From positions 1 to 60,796 of the IMG/VR virus record IMGVR_UViG_3300030450_002344: a DNA stretch of 60,796 nt. One strand, written 5' to 3'. This document shows positions 26,370 to 37,800 of this stretch, piece after piece. Position numbers and translations under genes: made by a program. Origin of the DNA: a virus. Lineage: Duplodnaviria; Caudoviricetes. Every line of letters starts with the position of its first letter. Positions within the stretch are counted from its first letter, which is position 1. The notes beneath the pieces are model-generated. The model did not search any database. It was given only the letters and a program-made list of their open reading frames with translations, and was not told where the DNA came from.

Positions 26370-27388
26370 TAAACGAATACCCTCACTATAACTTCTCCGG
26401 CTGAACCGCTTCCAGAGGTGCCTCCATAGACACCGCCTCCACCGCCGCCTGTATTTTGATTTGCTGATTTATTGTCGACCGCACCTGATCCGCCTCTCCC
26501 ACCAGCAATTCTACCACTAGCAGTTCCATTAACATCCCAATCTGTTTGAGAGTAGCCTGTGTCCCAACTGCCACTGCCGTCAGTCCTACTAGCAGCTCCA
26601 CCACTTGCATAAGATAAGTTACTGCCTTCTTTCCACTCATTATAACTACCACGTACAGTTCCGGGAGAGTATGCGCTAGTTCCAGTAGAAGGAGAAACGT
26701 CTACCTTGCCACCACCGTGTCCAGCTGTCGCCCAGTTGCCTGATTGACTTGAATTAGCACCTGCTCCACCATACTCACCTGCAGAACCGCCAGAGTATGT
26801 ACTTACACCTGATCCAGTCCACAGACCTAAGATAGCAGCACCACCTCCAGCACCACCATCTCCATCATTATACCTATTCGAAACGTCTCCGTTACCGTTA
26901 CCCGCACCACCGCCACCACCACCACTGTGGTAATCTATGCTTCCTCCGTTGATTCGACTGAAACCACCTTGTCCACCAGTAGAACCACTACCGGGAGTAC
27001 CTGCAGCACCTACAGTGACAGTATAAGTTGTTCCTGCATCAAGTGTTACCTCTTCTATTAAGCGGAATCCACCGGCTCCACCACCTCCCGGTTGTTTAGA
27101 ACCAGAGTAGGCTGCACCAGCACCGCCGCCACCAACTAATAGAATGTCTGCTAGACCTCCCTTGTCAGTTACAAATGACCCACTAGCTTGGAAAGAGTAG
27201 GCTTTGTATGTGGTTTGGTCGTGTTCAGTTCCCCCAGAAGCTCGTGTAGCGTAAGCAGGACCAGTTACAAGGCCATTTGGTCCAAACTCTGATACAGATT
27301 TGGAAGGATGCGCTCTTTGCATATCATATCTTCCTTTAAAAGAAGATATAGCCTTAGAAGGATTGAGTCTGAATTGATTTGTACTCAT
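26369..27388 (-). CDS. Glycine-rich tail fibre/receptor-binding protein
   Basis: LLVGGGGAG, GGGGAGG, NTGGGGGG, GEVIVR. Confidence 0.75.
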   Translation of the reverse strand: MSTNQFRLNPSKAISSFKGRYDMQRAHPSKSVSEFGPNGLVTGPAYATRASGGTEHDQTTYKAYSFQASGSFVTDKGGLADILLVGGGGAGAAYSGSKQPGGGGAGGFRLIEEVTLDAGTTYTVTVGAAGTPGSGSTGGQGGFSRINGGSIDYHSGGGGGGAGNGNGDVSNRYNDGDGGAGGGAAILGLWTGSGVSTYSGGSAGEYGGAGANSSQSGNWATAGHGGGKVDVSPSTGTSAYSPGTVRGSYNEWKEGSNLSYASGGAASRTDGSGSWDTGYSQTDWDVNGTASGRIAGGRGGSGAVDNKSANQNTGGGGGGVYGGTSGSGSAGEVIVRVFV

Positions 27389-27398
27389 TAACCACCTA

Positions 27399-27752
27399 TT
27401 ACATGTCTATTTTGTTCACAAATCCATAAATCATTACGACGTTTGTAGTTGCACAAAAGGCTGTAATTGCTGCACCATTTTGAAGCGGAAGTCCCGGACA
27501 AATTAAGGTAAGTCCTGCTTCTGCTGTGATAGTTTGTTCAATTAAGTTATCCGGAGAAGATGTTCCTCCGAACTCAATTGTAAGTTTTCTATCACTTGAG
27601 TCAGAATTTACAGCGTATAACCACACTTCATCAATGTCTGTTGTACCTGCTACTGCTGTATGTACTGCGGTGCCCGTACTTGAGGTAGCTGCTATTTTAA
27701 TGCCCTTACCATCTGTACTACCGCTTAATTTTGCTTTTGTTATTGTAGCCAT
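27399..27752 (-). CDS. Virion beta-sandwich protein
   Basis: LSGSTDGKGI, DEVWLYA.N; tail gene context. Confidence 0.65.
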   Translation of the reverse strand: MATITKAKLSGSTDGKGIKIAATSSTGTAVHTAVAGTTDIDEVWLYAVNSDSSDRKLTIEFGGTSSPDNLIEQTITAEAGLTLICPGLPLQNGAAITAFCATTNVVMIYGFVNKIDM

Positions 27753-27762
27753 TTATTTCCTC

Positions 27763-28566
27763 CTAAGAAAATACCTGTGAATGTAAAAGAACATTTGCGT
27801 CTGGGCTACCAGTAACATTTAAGGCACCTGTAACATGTGCATCACCGAAAATATACGCATCTGCATCTTCATCTACTAGAAATCTTGTAACATCTGCACT
27901 ACCAACACGAGCACGTACAGAGAATACGTTTCCATCCGCTGTAATATCTGCTAATGCGTTAGAGCCATTGTGCTCTGCTACATAAATATCAACAAGACCT
28001 ACACCAGATGTAGTCTTAGTTGTCATAGCAGTACCACCAATAGAATGTATTTGGGTTACTTGGTCTTCTGCAGCGTCCTCTGCCATAGATGTTATTTTTA
28101 ATCCACCTAATGTAGCAGAAGATTTTTGGAAAGCTGCGTAGGTGTCTGTTTCACCACCTGTAGTATACCCGTGTGCAATATCACTTGACTTAAATGCAAG
28201 TACTTCATTGTCATTTGCACCTTGGTTAATTGTTACACCGAGCGTCATACTACCGTTAGCAGATTCATTCACGTAGAGGGTGGAAGCAAATGTTCCCCCA
28301 GTTACAGTAACTACACCTGCGTTTGTAATCGTTGCGTTACCAGATAATGTCTGCCATTCACTTGTTCCCGCTGACGAGCCACCAATAAGCACTTTGGCGC
28401 TAGTAGGAGTACTTGCAGTAATACCTACTTTAGCTTGTGTTGCTTTAATCGCAGCGTTCTGGTTATTTTGGTGAGCAGCAGCAACGGTATCTACGTTATC
28501 CGCAAGGTTCTCATTAAGGTTAGTATTATCATCTAACGCAGCGGGATAAGCTGTCGTTCCTGCCAT
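27763..28566 (-). CDS. Tail fibre/spike protein
   Basis: YPAALD...AAHQN N-terminal anchor; beta-rich body. Confidence 0.65.
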   Translation of the reverse strand: MAGTTAYPAALDDNTNLNENLADNVDTVAAAHQNNQNAAIKATQAKVGITASTPTSAKVLIGGSSAGTSEWQTLSGNATITNAGVVTVTGGTFASTLYVNESANGSMTLGVTINQGANDNEVLAFKSSDIAHGYTTGGETDTYAAFQKSSATLGGLKITSMAEDAAEDQVTQIHSIGGTAMTTKTTSGVGLVDIYVAEHNGSNALADITADGNVFSVRARVGSADVTRFLVDEDADAYIFGDAHVTGALNVTGSPDANVLLHSQVFS

Positions 28567-28576
28567 TCCCTCTCCT

Positions 28577-28741
28577 CTAGGCTAATCGCCTTCTTCTTAT
28601 TCTTCTGTATATATTCTGAATCTCTACAGCAGAGTATTTAAACTTAGCATATAAGTTATCGCTTCCACCGTATTGTTCTTGACTACCAGTGTTACCAGCA
28701 GCAATACCTACGTTACCTGCGCCTGTTGTAAGATCCGGCAT
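28577..28741 (-). CDS. Small protein, 54 aa (not in ORF track)
   Basis: TAATG coupling; MPDLTTGAGNVG...RRIRRRRLA. Confidence 0.55.
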   Translation of the reverse strand: MPDLTTGAGNVGIAAGNTGSQEQYGGSDNLYAKFKYSAVEIQNIYRRIRRRRLA

Positions 28742-29211
28742 TATACTCTAAACGTCCCTGTTACTGAAAAAGTAAATGAAGCGTTATCCGTGCTAACATC
28801 TGTCACTGTCCACTTCACACGGAGTGCATCACCCCATGCAAGGTCAGCAACTGAACCAGCTGTCAACGCACCATCATTAATTGTTCCAGACGTTTCACCG
28901 CCTGTAGCACCGGGGTACACATCAGCACGATATTTCTTTGCACCCCCATTACCTAAGACTTCTGCAAAGGATACAATATCCATCCAGTCACCATTAGGCA
29001 TCTCTCGCTGAATAAATACAGCAAGTTTGTCACCTGCTTCTGTGGCCGCTACTGAAACATCAAGCATGAAATAAGCACTCGTATATGGAGCAAGTCCTCT
29101 CACAGTTGTTGTATCGCTTGCCGTTCGTGCAGCGGATGCCACTAAAGTTAAGTTGTCCATATAGGGCATAGAATTTTGTAAATTGTGCCCATGAGATACT
29201 CCACCTGACAT
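28741..29211 (-). CDS. Virion structural protein
   Basis: ASAARTAS, LRVKWTV...FTFSV jelly-roll-like. Confidence 0.65.
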   Translation of the reverse strand: MSGGVSHGHNLQNSMPYMDNLTLVASAARTASDTTTVRGLAPYTSAYFMLDVSVAATEAGDKLAVFIQREMPNGDWMDIVSFAEVLGNGGAKKYRADVYPGATGGETSGTINDGALTAGSVADLAWGDALRVKWTVTDVSTDNASFTFSVTGTFRV

Positions 29212-29227
29212 TTTTCACTTCCTTTAT

Positions 29228-29264
29228 AGTAGCAGGGGGGAACTTAATCCCCCCTAACTAACTA
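29228..29264 (-). terminator. Hairpin, probable terminator/attenuator after the capsid genes
   Basis: AGGGGGA-TTAAGT-TCCCCCCT inverted repeat. Confidence 0.5.
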
Positions 29265-29266
29265 TA

Positions 29267-29692
29267 CTAAACTCTCATATGAAAGATCATCGTTGTATCA
29301 ACAGCGTGAGTCCCGTGTGAGGACTGCACATCGACTTGAACTACGTCACCCTTTGTGAAATAAGTTTCATCAGAGGCTGCAATAGCCGTGCCAAAAGCAC
29401 CATCCACTCCAGCTGCCAATGTCAGCGTAGAGTATGAAGATGTTGTAGCATTAGTAAGTCGTATTACTGTATCAGTGCCGCCATCTTGGACACCAACGTA
29501 CCAGTCATACATATCTATATATCCCGAAGCAGGAGCAGAGAAAGCAGCAACAACACCAGTGGTGAGGTCACTATAGCCTTCATCTTCTGCCAAGTTTCCG
29601 GGAATGTGTACTGTTATCGGTAATCGAAAGTGATCGTCAACCTTGGGCATAGTGTGACCAAAGAACCGATATGATTCTGCAGTGTTACCCAT
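29267..29692 (-). CDS. Capsid decoration/minor structural protein
   Basis: Directly after MCP; GGAGGTGAT SD. Confidence 0.6.
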   Translation of the reverse strand: MGNTAESYRFFGHTMPKVDDHFRLPITVHIPGNLAEDEGYSDLTTGVVAAFSAPASGYIDMYDWYVGVQDGGTDTVIRLTNATTSSYSTLTLAAGVDGAFGTAIAASDETYFTKGDVVQVDVQSSHGTHAVDTTMIFHMRV

Positions 29693-29709
29693 TTATATCA
29701 CCTCCCCCT

Positions 29710-30942
29710 TTAACTTAGTGTTGTACTCAACGAGTGAATCCAGCCGTGGGCCTTAGTCGCGTTTCGTACTTCCATTGTGTACTCACCAGTGATTGTAGCA
29801 ATCTGTCGGTCGCCGTCAACTGGAACTGGTGTAGTGAAGAATGAACGGTCATTGCCGTTACCCTTAAGTGCACCAATACCTAGGTATTCTTTCTGAACGA
29901 TAATCAAGTCAGCTGGCTTAACGTATCGGTCAAGAACAATGTCTAGGTTACCAAACTCAGACTCGTAAGTACCAACGATAACACCGAGTGCGTTCTCATT
30001 TCGGTCAGTCCGTACATACGGGCTAGCGAAAGAAGAGAGAACTCGCTTCTGTGTTGCGTTTACTAGGATAGTATCTGGATTACCACCATCATCCCAGATG
30101 TCTTGCAGACAATCTACAAGAAGTTTCTCAGTCAATTTGGCTGAAGAAGCATCCTGCAAGTTTGCAGTGGCATCGTTACGGATGTAGGAGAACAGTCCAC
30201 CCATTCGTCTTACGTTTGTCAAGTCAGTGTTATCGGATGGCAAGCTGTTTGCCAAACCATAGTGAGCAGCTCTTTCGAGCTTAATTACAACCTCTTGGAA
30301 CTTCTTAGCGAATTCTCGGTCGAACTCGTTTGTTATACCAAACTTCTCAGTTGCCTCGGAAGTACCAGAAACTGATACTGCGTCGTGGAAAATCTGAGTG
30401 TAGTTTGATGCAGAAGTTAGGTCAGTTGATGAGTAAACGGTCGTGAATGCTGCACCGTCAAATCGTAGACTACCAAGGTTATATACTACATCACCAACAG
30501 CGTTAGCTGCTAGTGAGGCTGAACCATCAGCCTGAACGATGGTGAAAGCACCACCGGATGTATTTACGGCTGAAATTTCACCGTAAGTACCATTTAATTC
30601 AACAAGGTCACCAATGTTAAAGTAGTTGATGGCAGTAGTGCCAACTGTTACTGTAGTATATGGTGAACCTGAGTCAGCACCTGTTAGGGTTGCTTTGGAA
30701 GGGATTAATTCATCACTCTGCCATGTGTGTGTTGGGTTAATACAAGGGAATGCTAGTGAATCAGCACCTGCTACTGCAGTTCCTGCTTCTGATCCCATGC
30801 CCAACATGGAGAGTAGTGGAATATCCCTAGGGTCGATTGCGTCAATAAAGTCCGAAACGTTCTGCTTCTGAGTATAGGCACTATCAAATATAGTCCTCAT
30901 ACCACCAGCAGCACCGTCATCGGCTCTGTTTACTGCTACCAT
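29710..30942 (-). CDS. Major capsid protein (SU10/DUF5309-like)
   Basis: HTWQSDEL, NYTQIF...VSVSGT, RRMGG, YESEFG, GEYTMEVRN. Confidence 0.9.
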   Translation of the reverse strand: MVAVNRADDGAAGGMRTIFDSAYTQKQNVSDFIDAIDPRDIPLLSMLGMGSEAGTAVAGADSLAFPCINPTHTWQSDELIPSKATLTGADSGSPYTTVTVGTTAINYFNIGDLVELNGTYGEISAVNTSGGAFTIVQADGSASLAANAVGDVVYNLGSLRFDGAAFTTVYSSTDLTSASNYTQIFHDAVSVSGTSEATEKFGITNEFDREFAKKFQEVVIKLERAAHYGLANSLPSDNTDLTNVRRMGGLFSYIRNDATANLQDASSAKLTEKLLVDCLQDIWDDGGNPDTILVNATQKRVLSSFASPYVRTDRNENALGVIVGTYESEFGNLDIVLDRYVKPADLIIVQKEYLGIGALKGNGNDRSFFTTPVPVDGDRQIATITGEYTMEVRNATKAHGWIHSLSTTLS

Positions 30943-30966
30943 TTAGGTATTCCTCCAAATTTTATA

Positions 30967-31779
30967 TTATTGGAGTCCGTGTTGTCTCTTGTAAGAGATT
31001 ATTTCCCCTTGAAGCGCAACAGCCATTGCGAGTTTCTTTCCCTTTCGGGCGGTTTCGTATCTTTCCTCCAGCTCAATTAGCCCTGCGTGGGCACTATCAG
31101 TGCCGTCGCGCCTACTCGTTGAGGCAGTTTCAGATCCTCGCGAAGTTCCCGGTGTACGGGAAGCCTCTTCTTGTGCGGGTACTTCTGCATCTCTACTGGG
31201 TTTGACTGCGGCTAGTAACTCTTCTTTCAAAGCGTTCATCCTATCATCAAGTTTAGATTCTTGTGCTTTTGCACTTAAATCTCCAGCCATACGCCACACT
31301 TCTTGTGGTGTCGATGCAGATTGTAACGCACTTGGGTCAACATCAGGAAACGAGCCTACCGCTTGCTGAATAGCCTGTGTAAGAATACGTTGGCGGTTAG
31401 CCGATTGTTCCCTACGCTCTTGTTCAGCTTGTTGTATAGCTTGCTCACGTTGTTGTCTCTCTTCAAGAACCAATTTGGCTCCGTCTGCGTCGTCGGCTTC
31501 AATCAAGCGTTGTTCAAGAGTGTTGATAGCAACATCTTTAGTTTTAATTTGCTCGTCATAATAGGTTTGTAAACCTTGGTACCACTCTTGGTACTTACCT
31601 TCAAGGTCACGTTCTTGTTCCCCCATTTTACGAGCCATATCACCGACTCTTGAGTTCAAGTCTTTTTTCTCAGCCTCTAATTCTGCGATTTTGGCTTGCA
31701 TCTCATCTGATGACAGATTGGGATTATCGGGGAGTGAGTCAGCAGACTGCTCCATAATATCCTCTGTTTCGTTTGACAT
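30967..31779 (-). CDS. Capsid scaffolding protein
   Basis: Acidic coiled-coil immediately upstream of MCP. Confidence 0.75.
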   Translation of the reverse strand: MSNETEDIMEQSADSLPDNPNLSSDEMQAKIAELEAEKKDLNSRVGDMARKMGEQERDLEGKYQEWYQGLQTYYDEQIKTKDVAINTLEQRLIEADDADGAKLVLEERQQREQAIQQAEQERREQSANRQRILTQAIQQAVGSFPDVDPSALQSASTPQEVWRMAGDLSAKAQESKLDDRMNALKEELLAAVKPSRDAEVPAQEEASRTPGTSRGSETASTSRRDGTDSAHAGLIELEERYETARKGKKLAMAVALQGEIISYKRQHGLQ

Positions 31780-31800
31780 ACTAATCCTCCATTCTTATTT

Positions 31801-31829
31801 ATTATAACACTTTTGTCAAGGTTTGACAA
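31801..31829 (-). promoter_or_regulatory. Promoter for scaffold/MCP overlapped by an inverted repeat
   Basis: TTGTCA-17-TATAAT with TG; TTGTCAA-nnn-TTGACAA palindrome. Confidence 0.65.
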
Positions 31830-31832
31830 GTG

Positions 31833-34800
31833 TTAATCTCTATATCTTGCAAACCTTGGAGTATCACTTGGGTATGAGAAGGTAGGAGAGCGACCATATG
31901 GTGTGAAACTACCTCTACCTCCCAAACCGAGCATTTCCTTAGTTTGATAGATCAATTTTAATGCCTGTACCCACTGTTCAAATGAATAGTTTGTGCCTAC
32001 AGGGAACGTTCTAAACATAGCACGTAACATACGTTCATGGTTACGAGTTAACTTCTGGCTTGGGTTTGTAAAGAAGTTGGTAAGTGCATCTTCAAATGAA
32101 GCATCATGGAATACCATATTGATATGCTTAGATACTTCACTCCATTCAGGTAAGCCACCGACCCCAGAAGTTGTTGGTGCCGCTTGTCTACCACTCGCAG
32201 CAGGTTTAGACCATTTACGAGTAGGCAATGCTACCTTAGTAGGTGTTCTTTCATTTCTCTTACGTCCAGTAGCTATTCCTACTATAGCTGAAAGAGCATC
32301 AATATACTGGAAAGAAGCAATCTTAGCATCTTTATCTGCTACTCCACTTGCACCTGTTAGTCGTAGTAGAGTGGCTACTTCTCTAATGTTTGATAAGTCA
32401 CCATACATTCGACTAATCTGGGGGAACAGACTTTCCCACATATCTTTAATGTCTTCAATATCTGCAACACCGTTTCTTGCAAATGTTTCAAATATAAAAT
32501 CTCCGGGCATAAGGTTCTGTGTCTGCCTGTAATACCGTGAGGCGATAGATGCTTTAATATTTTGGGCCTCTTCAGAAAGTCTAGGGTGTTGTGCTAAATC
32601 ATACAACTGGTACTTTCTACCAATATTCCTCGCATCATCGCTTACTGAAGGGTAACCGCTTTGTGGTTTGCCTCTAATAGTTTGTGGTATACCTGTTACA
32701 TCATCAAATTCAGGTAAATCCATCTCTTCTTCAACAGCAGCTACAACACCTAGTGGCGTTTCTGATTTATCCCTCTCAGCATACATTCGTTTTAAGTGTT
32801 CTGCTTGTTCCCACTTACCAGCGTCTTCTAATTTTTTGATTGATAAAGCTTCTGCAATAATTTTATCTGCGTCCTGTTGAAAGTATTTAAGATATAATTT
32901 GTGTTCATCCAGAGTTGGATCAAGTTTGTTATAAATGTCATAAAGTGATACAAACTTCATAAGTTCTTTGACTTCTAAAGCTGCCTTAAACTCTTCAAGT
33001 GTTTCTGCGTCATAGATTCCAAGTTGCTGGTTTGGTGCCATAAAGTGATACTGTTCATCCCACGGAGCAGCTTGATCAAGGTCGGTTTGTAACCGTGTTA
33101 CCTTCTCATCCCATGCACCATTCTTCATGTCCATATATGTAATGTTCTTTACATCACCAAGTCTTTCTGTTATGTGTTTTACAAGGTCAGATTGTGTATA
33201 CTCATTACGTTCCATCCAAACTTTGCCATACTCGTTGGTCTCCAACCAGTCCATAACACCTTCAACTGTAGGTGGCTTCCACATATCTATAGTAGTTTGT
33301 ACTGAATTTGCCATAGAAGCTACATCTCTAAGCTCACCTTCGTAGATTCCGTTAATCTCTGTTTGTATCTCTCTCATAACAGATTCAATAGCTTTGTCTA
33401 CTATTTGTGGCATACTTGCCGATGAAGCTTCTACTATTTTGTATAGACGGAATTGCTCAGGATCTTTAGCTTCCATCGCAGTTTCCCACTCTTCTACTTC
33501 TTTAAGATATTGGCCCCAGTTGACAATGTTTGTTGTCCTACCATCCTTAGCCACCACAGAGAACTCATCTTTTCTAGCAGTAAATTCTTCTGAGAATAAT
33601 GTAGGAGCTGTCTTACGCTTGTCTTCTCGCATAAGTTCAACAAAGCTCTCAAGCTGCCATGCGTTAAACATGTCTACACTTATAAACCTTGGGTCGTATC
33701 TAACTCCAGTTTTTTCATACTTCCAGTCAGACATGTCTTGTAGAACTTGCTCAACATCTTCTCGTTTTATCTCACGGTACTCACCATCAACGAACAAGGT
33801 GTCCATCACTTCTTCAACTTTGTGTACTCCTGCCATAGGATCATCCGCAAACAATGTCATGAACCATTCATCTTTGATAAGTTTATCGCGTGTCAGTTGC
33901 CTCCATAGTTGCGTAGAACCGAATGAAGTTTTATCCATAATGTGATTCGGGTCAATAGGTACACCACCGACCTCTTCAGGAGATAGACCTACGTTTACAC
34001 CTGTTGTTTCAAATATACGTAACTTAGCTTCTTTAAGTTGTTCATTCTTTCGGTTGTTAACAGTCTCTAAATCTCTAAAGAAGGTCTCATCCATTGCAGG
34101 AGGATCTTGTATTTCAAGTCCAAACTCACTAAGGTTTGGTCTATCTTCACTTCTACCACTTGGTATTGAAGGACGTTCACCGGGAATTGCAGCTATACCT
34201 GCATCGTACTCGGCATTTATATCTTCGGCAACCTGATAGAACATACTCGAAGCTTGTGCACGGTTAATTGCGTTATGTTCAAACTTCTTATTATTCAACC
34301 AGTTTCTTGCCCAAGGTGTTCCCTCAAAGAACTCAGAGTACTTTTTACTCTTTTGTGCTTCAGTTAAAGACCTACTTCTTACAATATCATAGTAGTTATT
34401 CATAACATCCGCAGGATATACTTTTTTACCAGTGGAAGGATCTAAAGTATATTCACGTCCCGGTTTGAAAGAAAACCCTAATAGAAGAGAAGATGAATCT
34501 TGTATACCACGCCTAGAACCTGCCGCCCTTTCCATATCATTATGTACTTGGTTAAGAACAGACATGTCTACTTTCTTACCTGTAATAGGGTCAATAAGTT
34601 CTGCCTCTGGGTCTAGCTTATGTCCAAATATTTTTTGACCAGTATCCCCTATTGTGTGCAATAACGGAATATTTATCACGTTATTCTGTTTTTGACGACT
34701 CCATGCATCCCAAGCAAGAAGAAGCAAATACAACTTCTCATTTGTTTCAGGGTTCGGGTCAGGTGATTGTACCTGTACTTCTCTACCATTCTCATCAATT

Positions 34801-37800
34801 GTAACTGTGTAGTTATTCATTATAGCTGCGTGAGCTGCGTTCATATATGCATAATCAATTTCTCGAATATCTCTGTTTGTTCGGATAAGTTGCGTTGTAC
34901 TAAAAGCTCCCGTAAGACCTGCTGTTACACTCATCGCTGTATCTATAGGACGAGTAAATGAACCAATAGTCTTTTCAAGCTTATCAACGTTCTCACCATA
35001 TTGACCAGTAACAGTCATAGCGGTTGTAATAGCTGGATTAAGTGGTAGCTTAAGCATACCAGAGTACACTTCAGCCATCTTACCTAACCGACTAAAGTCA
35101 TCCATAGCATTTAATGGATCTTCACCAGCTCTAATTCTTCCTCTACCTGATGGGTAGTAATCAAACATGTCATTCCAGAAGAGTACTGCATCAACATTAA
35201 GAGATGCTCCATCTGAGTATTTTTCTGCTACAGAAACCCATCCGCCGGGATCTATGCCAAGCGACTTGGACAAACTAAAGAATGGTTGTAGTGCCTGACC
35301 AATTGGTATATCACGTTGCGCCCATTTTGAGGAACCTAAGTCTCTATTTACATCTCGTATAGATTGTAGGTACTGTGTAACCCTATTTAGTAGCTTTGGG
35401 TTATCCATGAGTGTCATAGCTGTCTTACCAGCTGTACGTGTTTGCCAAATATGCCACGGACCAAGCCACCTAATGAGGTAATCAAGATTACTTGTATTGC
35501 TGTAATCATGTAGAATCCAGTCAGCCTGTGCCTGTGCAAGTTTAGCAGAAGTTCTACGCAGTTGATTAGTCTGTACTTCTAACTCATCCATTAGCGTTCG
35601 TAGTTTGGTTACATCTTCTCTTGATATGACTCTAGCTGGACCATCATCAACAGGTGTGTATGGTTTAGTTCTATCTGCATATGCAGCAGCACGATCTCTT
35701 ATATCACTTACAGCCATACGCTGTTGTGCTCTAGCTTTTTCAAATACTTTCTGCTCTCTAACAAACAGATCAAGAATTTCGTCTCGTGATGTATTAGGTC
35801 GTCCATATATAGGCCAACCTTTATCCCACTGGTCCATCATATAGTTTGAAAGATTTTTAAGAGCACGTCTACGTACAGCTATTTCGTAAGCTAGATTATC
35901 TTTAGTTTTTCGCCTTCTGAACCATGCTATAAACCCTTTATAAACATCTGAGTCTTGATCTTTCAAGTCAGCAATCTCATCAAGAACCTCTTTTAGTTCT
36001 TTTTGTGCAAATTCAGGAGTCATTCTTCGGTTGGTTTGTAATCCTGCTGAACCTGACCATGATACTTGGAAACCTGTCCAGTTCTCAGTACCACGCGATT
36101 CTTGTCGATACTTCCAACCAATCTTCTCGTTATCTTTTTTCAGTCTATCTCGATATTCTGCAAGACGCTTAATACCAGCTTCAATTTCTGCCTCATTAGC
36201 ATCTTTTCTTACAAAAACTGCAAGACGGTTCATAGCCAGCTCACCACTTTGATTCCACGAATCGTCTGTAATAAGGGGAACATACCCATCAGGTGCTTGT
36301 TGCATAGGAACACGCCCATGAACACCTTGTGGTGGGAATTGATCTAGTACAGTACCGTCTGTTCTAGTCTGTGGGTCCATACCAAAGTTCATTGGGAGTA
36401 CTGCTTCATCTCCACTAAATTTTATATGCTTTCCTTCTACAGGATCTGGTAATGTCCATGTGTAATTAGGGTCACTCTTAGCTTTACTTATTGCACGTTG
36501 GGCCGGACCAAATGTACGAGAACGAGTAATATCCTCAGTCTGTCCTCTAGGAATTATCATACGCATAAGAGGTATGCTAAAAGTTCTCCCCTTTGCAGAC
36601 GGTCTTCCAAGAAGACTTTCTAATTGTAGTCTTTTTTCAGGATTAAAGGCATTTTCACGAACATCTTCAAAGTTATTACGACGGGGCATCCCTCGGTAAT
36701 TAATATCTTTACCAAGATCAAACTCTCGTGTCTTATGCATTGGGTCAATCGCTTCTATTTGATCTGCAAAATCATCAAGTAAGTCCGCGTCTAACTCTGT
36801 GTCAAGATATAAACCACTCCAAGCTCTTGCCTCTGCTTCTTTATACTTGCTTAAATTATCTATGAAAGCACCAAGACTATCACTTACAGGTTCTCTTCCG
36901 GGTAGGAAAGGAACTTGATCGAAGGCTTCTGTTGTTCCTCCTGCTGTGTAATCATCATCGAGTTTTCTTTGCCACTTCCGTAAAAAGCCCAATACAGGAA
37001 CTTTTTCTAATAAGATACGATCAAATGCATGTTGACCTTGATCATGCCAAACATCCATACCAGCTTCATCTGCACGACTTATCCCATGCTTACGTCGTAA
37101 GTCTGTTGATTTTGGTTCTAATCCAAGTGCGCTACGAACTTCATTTAATCGATTAATACTATCCTCTATATAAGAATCTTTACCTTGTAGTCTTTTTTGT
37201 ATTGCATCAAGTAGTTTTTCTTTAGCTCTTCTAGCATCTTGTCTAGAATAAACAGATCTAGGACGTGTGTTTCCCCCTGCATTAGATAAGAACTGTTCTG
37301 TTAATACACGTATATCTTCGATGGCTTTTTTAGAAGATTCATTTAAGCTCTTTGCAAGCTCATCAATTTGATCTCTAGTATTTCTTTTAGCAAATGCTCT
37401 TTCTGTTACAGCATCTGCTAGTGTACCTAATTCCTCTCCAAGCTCATTTGCTTTTTCAATTAACTCTTTCTCACTAAGTGGTGGCCTCGTCGGATTCGGT
37501 TCTATTGTTACAAATTTACTCTTTGTTGCAGTACGTTTTGGTTGGAAGAATGTACCATCGTCAATACGTCGTTGTATCGCCATGTTTACATCAGCATTGC
37601 TAAAGGTCATTTTAGCATTTTTAGTAAAGTATTTATTACGGATAAATTGTGCATCTAGTAATTTAGTATCTGAACCGTTAAATAAAATATCCATCAGTGT
37701 TTCATCAATAAGTTTTTCTTTTACAATATCGTCAGCTGTTGCAAAATCTATGCCCTTAATACGGTCATCGAGACGTTCTTTTAGCTGCTTAGTAGGTATC

